Shown here piece after piece: positions 29,280 to 36,853 of a stretch of DNA of 64,000 nucleotides (positions are counted from its first letter, which is position 1; every line of letters begins with the position of its first letter). The position numbers were made by a program, and so were the translations under genes. Origin of the DNA: Gaiellaceae bacterium (GTDB taxonomy: Bacteria > Actinomycetota > Thermoleophilia > Gaiellales > Gaiellaceae); assembly GCA_036496985.1 (NCBI GenBank), contig DASXKE010000202.1, positions 4,678 to 68,677 of the forward strand, given 5' to 3'. The notes below the pieces were generated by a model. That model was not told the DNA's origin, did no database searches, and saw only the letters and a list, made by a program, of their open reading frames with translations.

Positions 29280-30034
29280 CGCGGATCGACGACAAGATCC
29301 TGCTGCGCCGCTACCACGAGAACGGCGATCTCCAGGCGCGCGAGCAGCTGATCGAGCAGTACATGTCGCTCGTGCGCTCCCTCGCGCGGCGCTACTCGTA
29401 CCGCGGCGAGCAGCTCGAGGATCTCGTCCAGATCGGTGCGATCGGGCTGATCAAGGCGATCGACCGCTTCGACCTCGACCGCGGTGTCGAGCTGACGACG
29501 TACGCGACGCCGAACATCATCGGTGAGATCAAGCGCCACTTCCGTGACAAGGGCTGGGCAGTGCGGGTGCCGCGTGGCCTGCAAGAGCTCAATGTCCAGC
29601 TTTCGCGGCTCGTCGAGCAGCTGACTGTGCAGCTCGGCCGCTCGCCGACCATCCCCGAGCTCGCGAAGGCCGCGGGCGTCGAGGAAGAGGAAGTGCTCGA
29701 AGCCCTGGAATCCGGTCGCGCCTACACGTCGCTGTCGCTCTCGGTGGGCGGCGGAGGAGGCGACGACGACGATCTCGACCCCCTGGAGTCTCTCGGCACC
29801 GAGGAGCACCAGTACGCGGTCTCGGAGGATCGCGCAGTGCTCGCGCCGGGCTTCAAGGCGCTCGACGAGCGCGAGCGGAAGATCCTCCAGCTCCGCTTCT
29901 TCGACGGGCTGACGCAGTCGCAGATCGCGCAGCAGGTCGGCATCTCGCAGATGCACGTGTCGCGTCTGATCCGGCGCTCGCTCGAGAAGATCCGCGAGAC
30001 GATCGCGGAAGACGAGGAGTCGCTGGCCCGCTAG
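29276..30034 (+). CDS. RNA polymerase sigma factor, SigB/SigF (group 3) family
   Basis: Region 2 DLVQIGAIGLIKAIDRFD and TYATPNIIGEIKRHFRDKGWAVRVPR. Region 4 TQSQIAQQVGISQMHVSRL. Confidence 0.88.
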   Translation: MTRIDDKILLRRYHENGDLQAREQLIEQYMSLVRSLARRYSYRGEQLEDLVQIGAIGLIKAIDRFDLDRGVELTTYATPNIIGEIKRHFRDKGWAVRVPRGLQELNVQLSRLVEQLTVQLGRSPTIPELAKAAGVEEEEVLEALESGRAYTSLSLSVGGGGGDDDDLDPLESLGTEEHQYAVSEDRAVLAPGFKALDERERKILQLRFFDGLTQSQIAQQVGISQMHVSRLIRRSLEKIRETIAEDEESLAR

Positions 30035-30085
30035 CCGTCAGGCGTGAGGACGCTCGCGCAAGTGACTGATCACAGTCTGGCGTCG

Positions 30086-31057
30086 TCACTCTCGGCCGCT
30101 GCGGTTGTCGAGGGCGGCCCGTTCGTCCTGCCGCTCCTCCCACATTCGACCGAAGACCGCGCCTGCGTGGAGACACACACCGAAGCCAACGAGGAAGCTG
30201 ATCAGGGTGATCACGACGCCGGCTGGGCCGTAGCTCCGCTGCCCTGAGGTCACCTGGCCCGAGAACACGAACGAAGACACCACTCCCAGGCCGGTAATGC
30301 AGATTCCTGTCGCCACTCCAGCCGGGAAGAGCCGACGAAGCGGGACCTGTCGGTACAGGAACATGTAGGCCGACCACCACCAAAAAAGCACGGCGAAAGC
30401 GAACGTGAGCAGGAAGATGAGGCCGCGACCGCCCACGGGGCGGGCTTTGTCGAAGACCCACACCTCAACGGTGATGTAGAGCGTGAAGGCGGCTACTCCA
30501 GCGAGCTGGTAGATGAGGTGTAGGAGGAAGCCCTTGGGGGGCGTTCGTTCGTAGATCCGGTGATACCAGGAGGAGAGGGTGGAGGACATCCCGATCCCTC
30601 CCAGCACGAGGACGATCGCGCTGACCCAGGTGAGCGTGGCGACGGCCTGATTGCCGGTCGAGATCAACGCGTCCACATCGTGGGTGGCTTGGGTGTTCAA
30701 GCCCATCCGGGCGACGATCGTCCTTCGGATGTCTCCGCCGATCACCGATGAGGTGACCGCAAGGAATGGAAAGGCGGAGAGCACGGCCAGCGCCGCGAAC
30801 GCGAAAGAGCTGTTCATGAAATCGGCGGTCGAGAGATGCGCCCAGTACCTTCCAGCGGCGCTCTGCTCGAACTGCGCCTGCCTGGTTTGCAGGGCGCGTA
30901 GCCACCGCCAGTCAGGCATCCCCGCCTCCCGAGTCTCGGTCGGCGGCGGCAGGAGAGTCTGCTCATCCTCAGTGACGTGGCGAGACCCCGAAGCGTCGAG
31001 CGTCTTGGGATCCTCGTCCATCCACCGATTATCGCCGCCTAACGCAGAGGCGACCAT
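30086..31057 (-). CDS. YihY/BrkB family membrane protein
   Basis: Six hydrophobic segments with the family-typical layout. Lower-GC codon usage than the neighbouring genes. Confidence 0.7.
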   Translation of the reverse strand: MVASALGGDNRWMDEDPKTLDASGSRHVTEDEQTLLPPPTETREAGMPDWRWLRALQTRQAQFEQSAAGRYWAHLSTADFMNSSFAFAALAVLSAFPFLAVTSSVIGGDIRRTIVARMGLNTQATHDVDALISTGNQAVATLTWVSAIVLVLGGIGMSSTLSSWYHRIYERTPPKGFLLHLIYQLAGVAAFTLYITVEVWVFDKARPVGGRGLIFLLTFAFAVLFWWWSAYMFLYRQVPLRRLFPAGVATGICITGLGVVSSFVFSGQVTSGQRSYGPAGVVITLISFLVGFGVCLHAGAVFGRMWEERQDERAALDNRSGRE

Positions 31058-31075
31058 GCGCGCCTACTCAGACCA

Positions 31076-31110
31076 GCTCAGGGGTCATTCCGGATCACTG
31101 GCCCAGGCGA
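31076..31110. repeat. 35-bp direct repeat, copy A (GCTCAGGGGTCATTCCGGATCACTGGCCCAGGCGA)
   Basis: 33/35 identical to copy B at 31511-31545. Located 19 nt upstream of the yihY-like start and 5 nt downstream of the stop of the 117-aa ORF. Confidence 0.85.
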
Positions 31111-31114
31111 CGGT

Positions 31115-31468
31115 TTACGCGCCTAGGGTGCCGTTCCGGTGCGTCGTGAACCGACTCGTACCTGACGCCGCAGGCGGGCCTTGTTCGCGAGCAGCTGTTG
31201 GCGCATCAGCCGCGGCCTTAGCAGCTGCTGACGCGGCAGCCTCGGCCGCAAGGGTTTGTTGGCGGAGGTTGCGTTCGCCCTCGCGCAAGGCCGCTTCGCG
31301 ACCACTCCGGGCGGACCCAGCGGACGCCTGGTGCGAACTGCTCGGCCTCTGGAAGTGCAGCCCAAACCCAACTCCAGCGGCAATGGCCGCGAGCGCGACG
31401 ATGAGCGCTGTAACAGCGAGCCGCCGCTGCCGCGCCCGCCGTTTCGCCTCGGCAATTAGCGCGCGCAT
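31115..31468 (-). CDS. Hypothetical membrane-anchored Ala-rich protein (117 aa)
   Basis: Basic N-terminus plus TM segment LAVTALIVALAAIAAGVGFGL. Preceded by a near-consensus promoter with no leader. Confidence 0.4.
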   Translation of the reverse strand: MRALIAEAKRRARQRRLAVTALIVALAAIAAGVGFGLHFQRPSSSHQASAGSARSGREAALREGERNLRQQTLAAEAAASAAAKAAADAPTAAREQGPPAASGTSRFTTHRNGTLGA

Positions 31469-31474
31469 GGAGCC

Positions 31475-31503
31475 AGTATCGCTAGCATCACCCGCAGTGT
31501 CAA
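31475..31503 (-). promoter_or_regulatory. Sigma-70-type promoter TTGACA-17 nt-GATACT, with the -10 box 6 nt upstream of ATG 31468
   Basis: Read directly on the minus strand: TTGACACTGCGGGTGATGCTAGCGATACTGGCTCCATG. Confidence 0.55.
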
Positions 31504-31510
31504 GCTCCCC

Positions 31511-31545
31511 GCTCAGGGGTCATTCCGGAACACTGGCCCAGCCGA
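31511..31545. repeat. 35-bp direct repeat, copy B
   Basis: GCTCAGGGGTCATTCCGGAACACTGGCCCAGCCGA, 7 nt upstream of the -35 box of the 117-aa ORF promoter. Confidence 0.85.
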
Positions 31546-31649
31546 GTGAGCTGCGCTCAGCACAGCGTTTGCCAGACCCGGTGGACTGTTCACCGCGGAC
31601 CTATGGCGTTCTCGGCACCGTCCGATGATGGTCGCATCCTGGTCCGGCG

Positions 31650-32378
31650 ATGGGCGCCGCCGAACCTCCGTCCGCGACCGAAGCTCTCGGCTTGGCTCGT
31701 CTGCACGCGGCGGCGCGGGAGGCACGTGACGATGCGGCCCCGTTCGCGCTCGCTGCGGCTGCGATCCTGATTGCGTTGGCCCTTGTGGCCCAGCATGCCG
31801 ACTGGGAATACCTCGGGCAGGCGCTCTGGTGGATGTGGCTTGTCGTCGCAGCGCCCTATGTCTTGTTGTCCGCCACGCTGGTGCTGGGCCTGAATCGCCT
31901 CGTCCGTCACGACCATAGGCGCGAGATCGTGATCGGCCTCCTTGCCGTCGTCTGGGTCTTCACCGTCCTTGGTGTTGTCGTGCTCGTTGCCTCTCTGATT
32001 GCGCACTCTGCCTCCCGTATCACCGGAGCCCAGCTCTTAGCCAGCGGCGGCGCGGTCTGGCTCACAAACGCGATCGCGTTCGGCCTTGCCTTCTGGGAGC
32101 TCGATTGTGGAGGCCCGGTTGCGAGGGCGCTCACCAATGAACCTCGCAGGCCAGACTTCCAGTTCCCCCAGGACGAGAACCCCCAGCTCGCGCGCGACGG
32201 CTGGGCTCCTCGTCTCTGGGACTACTTCTACGTCTCGCTCACAAATGCGACAGCGTTCAGCCCCACCGACTCGATGCCGTTGACGCGGGCAGCGAAAGCG
32301 CTGATGGCGGCCGAATCGACGCTCTCGGTCGTGACCGTGCTCCTCGTTGCCGCTCGCGCGGTCAACATCCTCGTCTAA
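31650..32378 (+). CDS. DUF1345-like integral membrane protein
   Basis: Several TM segments plus the FQFPQDENP...WDYFYVSLTNATAFSPTD pattern I associate with DUF1345. Assignment is from memory. Confidence 0.55.
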   Translation: MGAAEPPSATEALGLARLHAAAREARDDAAPFALAAAAILIALALVAQHADWEYLGQALWWMWLVVAAPYVLLSATLVLGLNRLVRHDHRREIVIGLLAVVWVFTVLGVVVLVASLIAHSASRITGAQLLASGGAVWLTNAIAFGLAFWELDCGGPVARALTNEPRRPDFQFPQDENPQLARDGWAPRLWDYFYVSLTNATAFSPTDSMPLTRAAKALMAAESTLSVVTVLLVAARAVNILV

Positions 32379-32391
32379 ACGGAACGCTCAT

Positions 32392-33012
32392 TCACACGTC
32401 GCGACGGCGTCCGACGAGGCGTGCGCCGGTGGCTGGAAGTCGACCTCGCGCGATCGCGTCTTCCTCGACTCCCCGCAGCGTGTCGCCGAGGTTCCAGCGG
32501 TGGAGCCACGGACCGCGCAACGGCTGGCCGAGCTCGAAGTCCGGCTCGAGCGCCGCGAGGATTCGTTCGAGCGGATGGAGATGGTCGCGGTGCTCTGCGA
32601 CGAGCTCTTCGGCGGTCTTCGGCGGTGCTTCGCCGAGGGCCGCGCGCTGCTCCAGCCACCAGGCGGCAGCTGTGACGTCGAACGCGGCGACGTCGAACTC
32701 GTCGACCACGAGCGTCCCGCCGGGGGCGACCAGCTCGCCGAGCCGGCGACAGGATTCCTCGAGCGGATCGACGTGGTGGAGCGAGACGATTGCAACCGCG
32801 GCCGCATATGAGCCGGCGGGCTGGTCGAGATCGGCGAGGGCGACACGGCGGACGTCGTCGCTCTCGGAACGTGGATCGATCGCCAGCACCTCGTAGCCGA
32901 CGGCACGAAGCGTGCGGGCCAGGCTCCCCGTCCCGGCGCCGATCTCGAGCACGCGCACAGGCGGCTCGGGCAGGTTCGCCCGCACAAAGGCCCTCAGATC
33001 GACGGACGCCAT
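32392..33012 (-). CDS. Class I SAM-dependent methyltransferase
   Basis: Motif I VLEIGAGTGSLA, then VLAIDP and LVAPGGTLVV. Confidence 0.75.
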   Translation of the reverse strand: MASVDLRAFVRANLPEPPVRVLEIGAGTGSLARTLRAVGYEVLAIDPRSESDDVRRVALADLDQPAGSYAAAVAIVSLHHVDPLEESCRRLGELVAPGGTLVVDEFDVAAFDVTAAAWWLEQRAALGEAPPKTAEELVAEHRDHLHPLERILAALEPDFELGQPLRGPWLHRWNLGDTLRGVEEDAIARGRLPATGARLVGRRRDV

Positions 33013-33069
33013 CGGGAAGCATTCTCCCTCGACTTAAGGACCGAGGAGCCGGATGTCGATTAGCTCGGA

Positions 33070-34086
33070 GTGGGAACGCCTTTCGTGGGAGAGCTCGCCG
33101 TGGCGCAACGGCCCCGCGCCCGTGCCGGGCGCTTGAGCCACGTCGCTGCGTGGGTCGTGCCGGCAGCCGCCGCCATGATCGACGCGTTACGTCACGGACT
33201 GAGCTACGGCGACGGCGACGCACACATCTTCATCGCGGCCGGACGAACGCTTCTGTCCGGTCAGTGGAGCCATGCGTTCTCGCACTCGGTCGTCCAGGCA
33301 GGCCCGCTGCAGCTCGCACTCTTCGGCTCGCTCGGCCGCTCGAGCGAGGCGCTCACGCTCGTGCTCGCGCCGGCGGTTGCACTCCTCGTGGTGGCGGCTG
33401 TTCGGGCAACCGGAGTCACGAACCCGGTGCTCTACGGAGGCGCCGGTCTGTTTGCGGTAGCGACGGGCCTCACGCGCGTCGGCTACGTGGCCGGACATCC
33501 CGCGGACGCCGTGCTCCCACTGATCTGGATTCTCGCCGCCGCCGACGCGCGCCGGGGCCACGCGCGCCGAGCCGGATTGCTCGTGGGCCTCTGCGCGGGG
33601 CTGGAGACGTGGGGGATCCTCGGCGTCGCCGTGCTCGCGCTCGCGCCGCGGCGCCGTGAGGCGGCCATCGGCACCGTGGTGGCTGGGGCGACGGCTGCTG
33701 CGCTGTTCCTCCCGTTCCTGCTCGGCGGCCATTTCGCGATGTTCTCGCTGCAGTGGCAGGTTCGTCCTCCGGCGCCCATCTCTCTGTTCGTCGCCGCCGG
33801 CACTCCGTACGGCTGGCCGCTGCGACTGGCTCAGGGACTCTTTGCGGTCGGGGCCGGGGTCGCCGTCGCCCGGCTCCTGCGCGACTCGCCGCACGGCGTC
33901 TGGGCGGCGCCGCTCGCGACCGTCTGCGCGCGGCTGCTGCTCGATCCGCTTCTTCTGAGCTACTACCTCGCCGCTCTCAAGGGGCCGGCCCTGGTCGGCG
34001 CGGCGGTCGGCGCCTCTTCGCTGTTGCTGAAGCGCGGCGTCGAGTCGAGCGGCCGTGCTCCCGCCGCTCTCGGCGGCTCTCGCTAG
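33070..34086 (+). CDS. Polytopic membrane protein (possibly GT-C/DUF2029-like glycosyltransferase)
   Basis: At least 8 hydrophobic segments and an early YGDGDAHIF loop. The function call is weak. Confidence 0.45.
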   Translation: MGTPFVGELAVAQRPRARAGRLSHVAAWVVPAAAAMIDALRHGLSYGDGDAHIFIAAGRTLLSGQWSHAFSHSVVQAGPLQLALFGSLGRSSEALTLVLAPAVALLVVAAVRATGVTNPVLYGGAGLFAVATGLTRVGYVAGHPADAVLPLIWILAAADARRGHARRAGLLVGLCAGLETWGILGVAVLALAPRRREAAIGTVVAGATAAALFLPFLLGGHFAMFSLQWQVRPPAPISLFVAAGTPYGWPLRLAQGLFAVGAGVAVARLLRDSPHGVWAAPLATVCARLLLDPLLLSYYLAALKGPALVGAAVGASSLLLKRGVESSGRAPAALGGSR

Positions 34087-34319
34087 GAGTCCTGGCGCGA
34101 GTGAAGGAGCTCGCGGACGGAGTCGATGCGGCGATGGACTTCCTGCCGCTCGTTCGAGACCTCGCGCTCGCGCTCGCGCGTCGTTGCGCTCTCGAAGCCG
34201 AAGTCGATCTGATGCTGCAGATGGCGACGAACCGCTGAGAGCCGCGCCTCCTCGGCTTCGAGGGTGGCGAGCTCGCGGCGAAGGCCGTCGACGCTGGCTT
34301 TCTGGCCGGCTTCCTGCAT
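34083..34319 (-). CDS. Small two-helix coiled-coil protein with an RsiG-type c-di-GMP-binding signature
   Basis: GC3-rich 78-codon ORF. Residues 24-39 (EARLSAVRRHLQHQID) fit E-x3-S-x2-R-x3-Q-x3-D exactly. Residues 51-66 (EREVSNERQEVHRRID) fit it with Q replaced by H. Confidence 0.45.
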   Translation of the reverse strand: MQEAGQKASVDGLRRELATLEAEEARLSAVRRHLQHQIDFGFESATTREREREVSNERQEVHRRIDSVRELLHSRQDS

Positions 34320-34385
34320 TGAGCTTCTATCGGCAGGCGGCTCGGTTGCCGTGAGCCCGGTTCGGGCTGCGAAGTATCGGCAGCT

Positions 34386-34595
34386 CTACGGCTGGGGCGG
34401 CTCGGCGCGCTCGCGTGGCTGGCGCCACGGCCAGCCAAGCAGGAACAGCCCGCCGGCGAGACACAGCGCCCCGACGACCGCCCAGAACGTGCTGCCGGTC
34501 ATCGACGAGCCCGAGATCAGATTGAGCCCCTGGCCCAGCCAGACGATGCCGGTGAGGGCAAGGAGTGCTCCGAGGATGCGTCTTGCGATCGTCAT
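34386..34595 (-). CDS. Small membrane protein (2 TM, 69 aa)
   Basis: ILGALLALTGIVWLGQG and FWAVVGALCLAGGLFLLGW. Confidence 0.4.
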   Translation of the reverse strand: MTIARRILGALLALTGIVWLGQGLNLISGSSMTGSTFWAVVGALCLAGGLFLLGWPWRQPRERAEPPQP

Positions 34596-34633
34596 GTCAC
34601 TTTTTACTCCCGTTCAGCCGAAACAGTTTGCCC

Positions 34634-35680
34634 TCAGCGACGGCCGCGGCGCGAGCGGTTGCGGCGCGCCGAGCGCCTGAGCGTGTCGAGCTCTCCGAGT
34701 GCGGCGCCGGCGCCGCGAGCGACCGCCGTCAGCGGCTCGCGGTCGCGATTCACAGGGAGGCCGGTCTCGCCGCGCAGGAGCTCTGGAAAGCCCGGCAGGA
34801 GCGTGCTGCCGCCGACGAGCGTGATGCCGCGATCCGCGATGTCCGACGCGAGCTGCGCCGGAGTCTGCTCGAGCAGCTCCTTGAGGGCCGTGACGATGCG
34901 CGTCAGCGGCCGCTCGAGTGCCCGGCGGACCTCGTCCTCGCCGAGCGTGATGCGCGCGAGCAGTCCCGTGGACATGTACCGGCCGGCCACCTCGGTCTCG
35001 GCTCCTCTCGCGTGTCCTCCGAGCGCGCTCCCGACCTCGAGCTTGACCCGCTCGGCCTGCTCGTGACCGACGAGCAGCCGGTGCTGGTCCTGGACGAAGC
35101 GGACGATCGCGTCGTCGAGGTCGTAGCCGCCGACCGGCAACGAGGTCGAGACGACGATCCCGCCGAGCGCGATCACCGCCATCTCGCTCGTGCCGCCGCC
35201 GACGTCGACGACGAGGGAGGCGACCGCGTCCTCGACCGGCAGCTCGGCGCCGATCGCGCCCGCCATGGCCTCCTCGATCAGATGCGCCTCGCGCGCTCCC
35301 GCCGCCAGTGTGGCCTCGACGACCGCGTCGCGTTCGACCTGGGTCAGGCCGCTCGGGACGCAGACGATCACGGCGCGGCGCAGCCCGTTGCCGCCGACGC
35401 GGCGGATGAAGTGGCCGAGCATCTGCTCGGTCGTCTCGAAGTCCGCGATCACGCCGTGACGCAGCGGCCGCGTCGCCACGATCGTCGCCGGCGTGCGGCC
35501 GAGCATCTGCCGTGCCTTCTCGCCGACGGCGTACACCTGGCCCGTCTGCTGATCCATCGCCACGACCGAGGGCTCAAACAGGACGATTCCCTCGCCGCGA
35601 CGGAAGACGACGGTATTCGCCGTCCCGAGATCGACTGCGAGATCGGTCCCGGCTGCGAGCGTCGGCAATCTCATAGGCAC
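34634..35680 (-). CDS. mreB: Rod shape-determining protein MreB (with Arg-rich C-terminal tail)
   Basis: DLGTANTVV phosphate-1 motif, VDVGGGTSE, LVGGSTLLPG. The start could be GTG 35680 or ATG 35674. Confidence 0.9.
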   Translation of the reverse strand: MPMRLPTLAAGTDLAVDLGTANTVVFRRGEGIVLFEPSVVAMDQQTGQVYAVGEKARQMLGRTPATIVATRPLRHGVIADFETTEQMLGHFIRRVGGNGLRRAVIVCVPSGLTQVERDAVVEATLAAGAREAHLIEEAMAGAIGAELPVEDAVASLVVDVGGGTSEMAVIALGGIVVSTSLPVGGYDLDDAIVRFVQDQHRLLVGHEQAERVKLEVGSALGGHARGAETEVAGRYMSTGLLARITLGEDEVRRALERPLTRIVTALKELLEQTPAQLASDIADRGITLVGGSTLLPGFPELLRGETGLPVNRDREPLTAVARGAGAALGELDTLRRSARRNRSRRGRR

Positions 35681-35725
35681 TTCCGCAGCGCCGCTTCCGG
35701 CGCCGCGCTGGGAACGGTAGCCGCC

Positions 35726-36733
35726 CTAGCCGCGCGAGAAACCGAGGTTCAGCAGGCGCGTCGCGTCGGCGTCCAGGTTCGGCGAGTCGAGAACGACCGC
35801 GATCAGCCGCCTCCCGTGCCGTGTGGCGGCCGCGACGAGGCACCAGCCCGCCTCGTGCGTGTAGCCCGTCTTGACGCCGTTCGCGCCGGTGTATTCGCTG
35901 AGGAGAGCGTTGTTGTTGAGATAGATCTTCGAGTTGGTCGGCGCCGACCAGCGGACCTGGATCCGCCTCGTCCGCACGAGCTGGTCGAAGCGCGGGTCAC
36001 GGAACGCATAGCGCGTCAGAGCGGCGAGATCCCACGCCGTCGAGTAGTTGCCGCGGTCGCGGACGCCGCTCGGGCTCGTGTAGTGGGTGTCGTGCAGTCC
36101 GAGCGCCTTCGCCTCGGCGTTCATCTGGCGCAGGAATCCATGGACGGAGCCGGCGCTCGAGATCGCGAGCTGTTGCGCGTCGTCGTTCCCGGAGTAGAGG
36201 AGCAGCGAGTAGAAGAGCTTCCACGCCTTGACCTCCTCGCCGGTGCGAAGTCCCTCACGCACCAGCGGGACTGCAGTTGCCGAATGCGCGACCCTGACGG
36301 TGCTCTTCCACGGCACCTCTTTCAGCGCGAGGGTCGCGGTCATGATCTTCGTCAGCGACGCAATTTTTCGCCGCTCGTGCGCACGCTCGGCCCAGAGGAC
36401 TCGGCCCGTGTCGGCGTCGACGAGGATCGCAGCCGGCGCGCGGACGCGGACGTGCGCTCCCGCGAGGAGCGGCGTTCCGTAGAGCAGGCGGGGAGGCTTC
36501 TGCCGGACGGTGGCCGTGGAGTGGGGGACTGTCTTCGTCGCCGGCGCTTTCGTCTGCAGGCGCGGCGCTGCCACAGGATGGTGCGGCGTCTTCGCGGCGG
36601 CACGCCGTCCGTACCAGACGCCTGCCGCAGCGGCGGCGAGCACGACGAGGACGAGCAGCGCGATCCTCCTGGCGCGATAGCGGCGCCTCCTCCGGCGGCG
36701 CGGCGCGACCGGCGTCAGTACATCCAGCGACAC
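35726..36733 (-). CDS. D-alanyl-D-alanine carboxypeptidase (S11, PBP5/6 type)
   Basis: SxxK (SLTKIM), SxN (YSGND) and KTG (KTGYT) motifs in the canonical order, with an N-terminal TM/signal anchor. Confidence 0.85.
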   Translation of the reverse strand: MSLDVLTPVAPRRRRRRRYRARRIALLVLVVLAAAAAGVWYGRRAAAKTPHHPVAAPRLQTKAPATKTVPHSTATVRQKPPRLLYGTPLLAGAHVRVRAPAAILVDADTGRVLWAERAHERRKIASLTKIMTATLALKEVPWKSTVRVAHSATAVPLVREGLRTGEEVKAWKLFYSLLLYSGNDDAQQLAISSAGSVHGFLRQMNAEAKALGLHDTHYTSPSGVRDRGNYSTAWDLAALTRYAFRDPRFDQLVRTRRIQVRWSAPTNSKIYLNNNALLSEYTGANGVKTGYTHEAGWCLVAAATRHGRRLIAVVLDSPNLDADATRLLNLGFSRG

Positions 36734-36847
36734 TGATCCCGCTCCTGGCGCCGGCTAAGCCGGCACCTCCGCTACCTGCCGTGCTCCGTCGAGCCTACGC
36801 ACGGTCCGATGCTAACCGCGTCTCCGGTCGGCTCCGACGGCCGCTCC

Positions 36848-36853
36848 TAGAAT
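36848..36853 (+). promoter_or_regulatory. -10-like box TAGAAT, overlapping ATG 36852 and 7 nt upstream of in-frame GTG 36861
   Basis: Read directly. Confidence 0.4.

Noticed and set aside
29276-30034. This sigma factor as the WhiG-type partner of the RsiG-like ORF at 34083-34319
   Set aside because: Its region 2 and 4 sequences (HFRDKGWAVRVPRGLQEL, ISQMHVSRL) are of the SigB/SigF type rather than the FliA/WhiG type, and it has its own upstream anti-sigma-position gene.
34565-36736. 723-aa plus-strand ORF
   Set aside because: It is antisense to mreB and the D,D-carboxypeptidase, both of which have complete catalytic motifs. It has Arg/Asp-rich artefact composition.
36734-36851. T-box leader upstream of alaS (and similarly for hisS and aspS)
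   Set aside because: The upstream gap is only about 118 bp, with a -10 box abutting the start. hisS overlaps its upstream gene, and aspS starts 1 nt after the hisS stop. There is no room for a 200-300-nt T-box.
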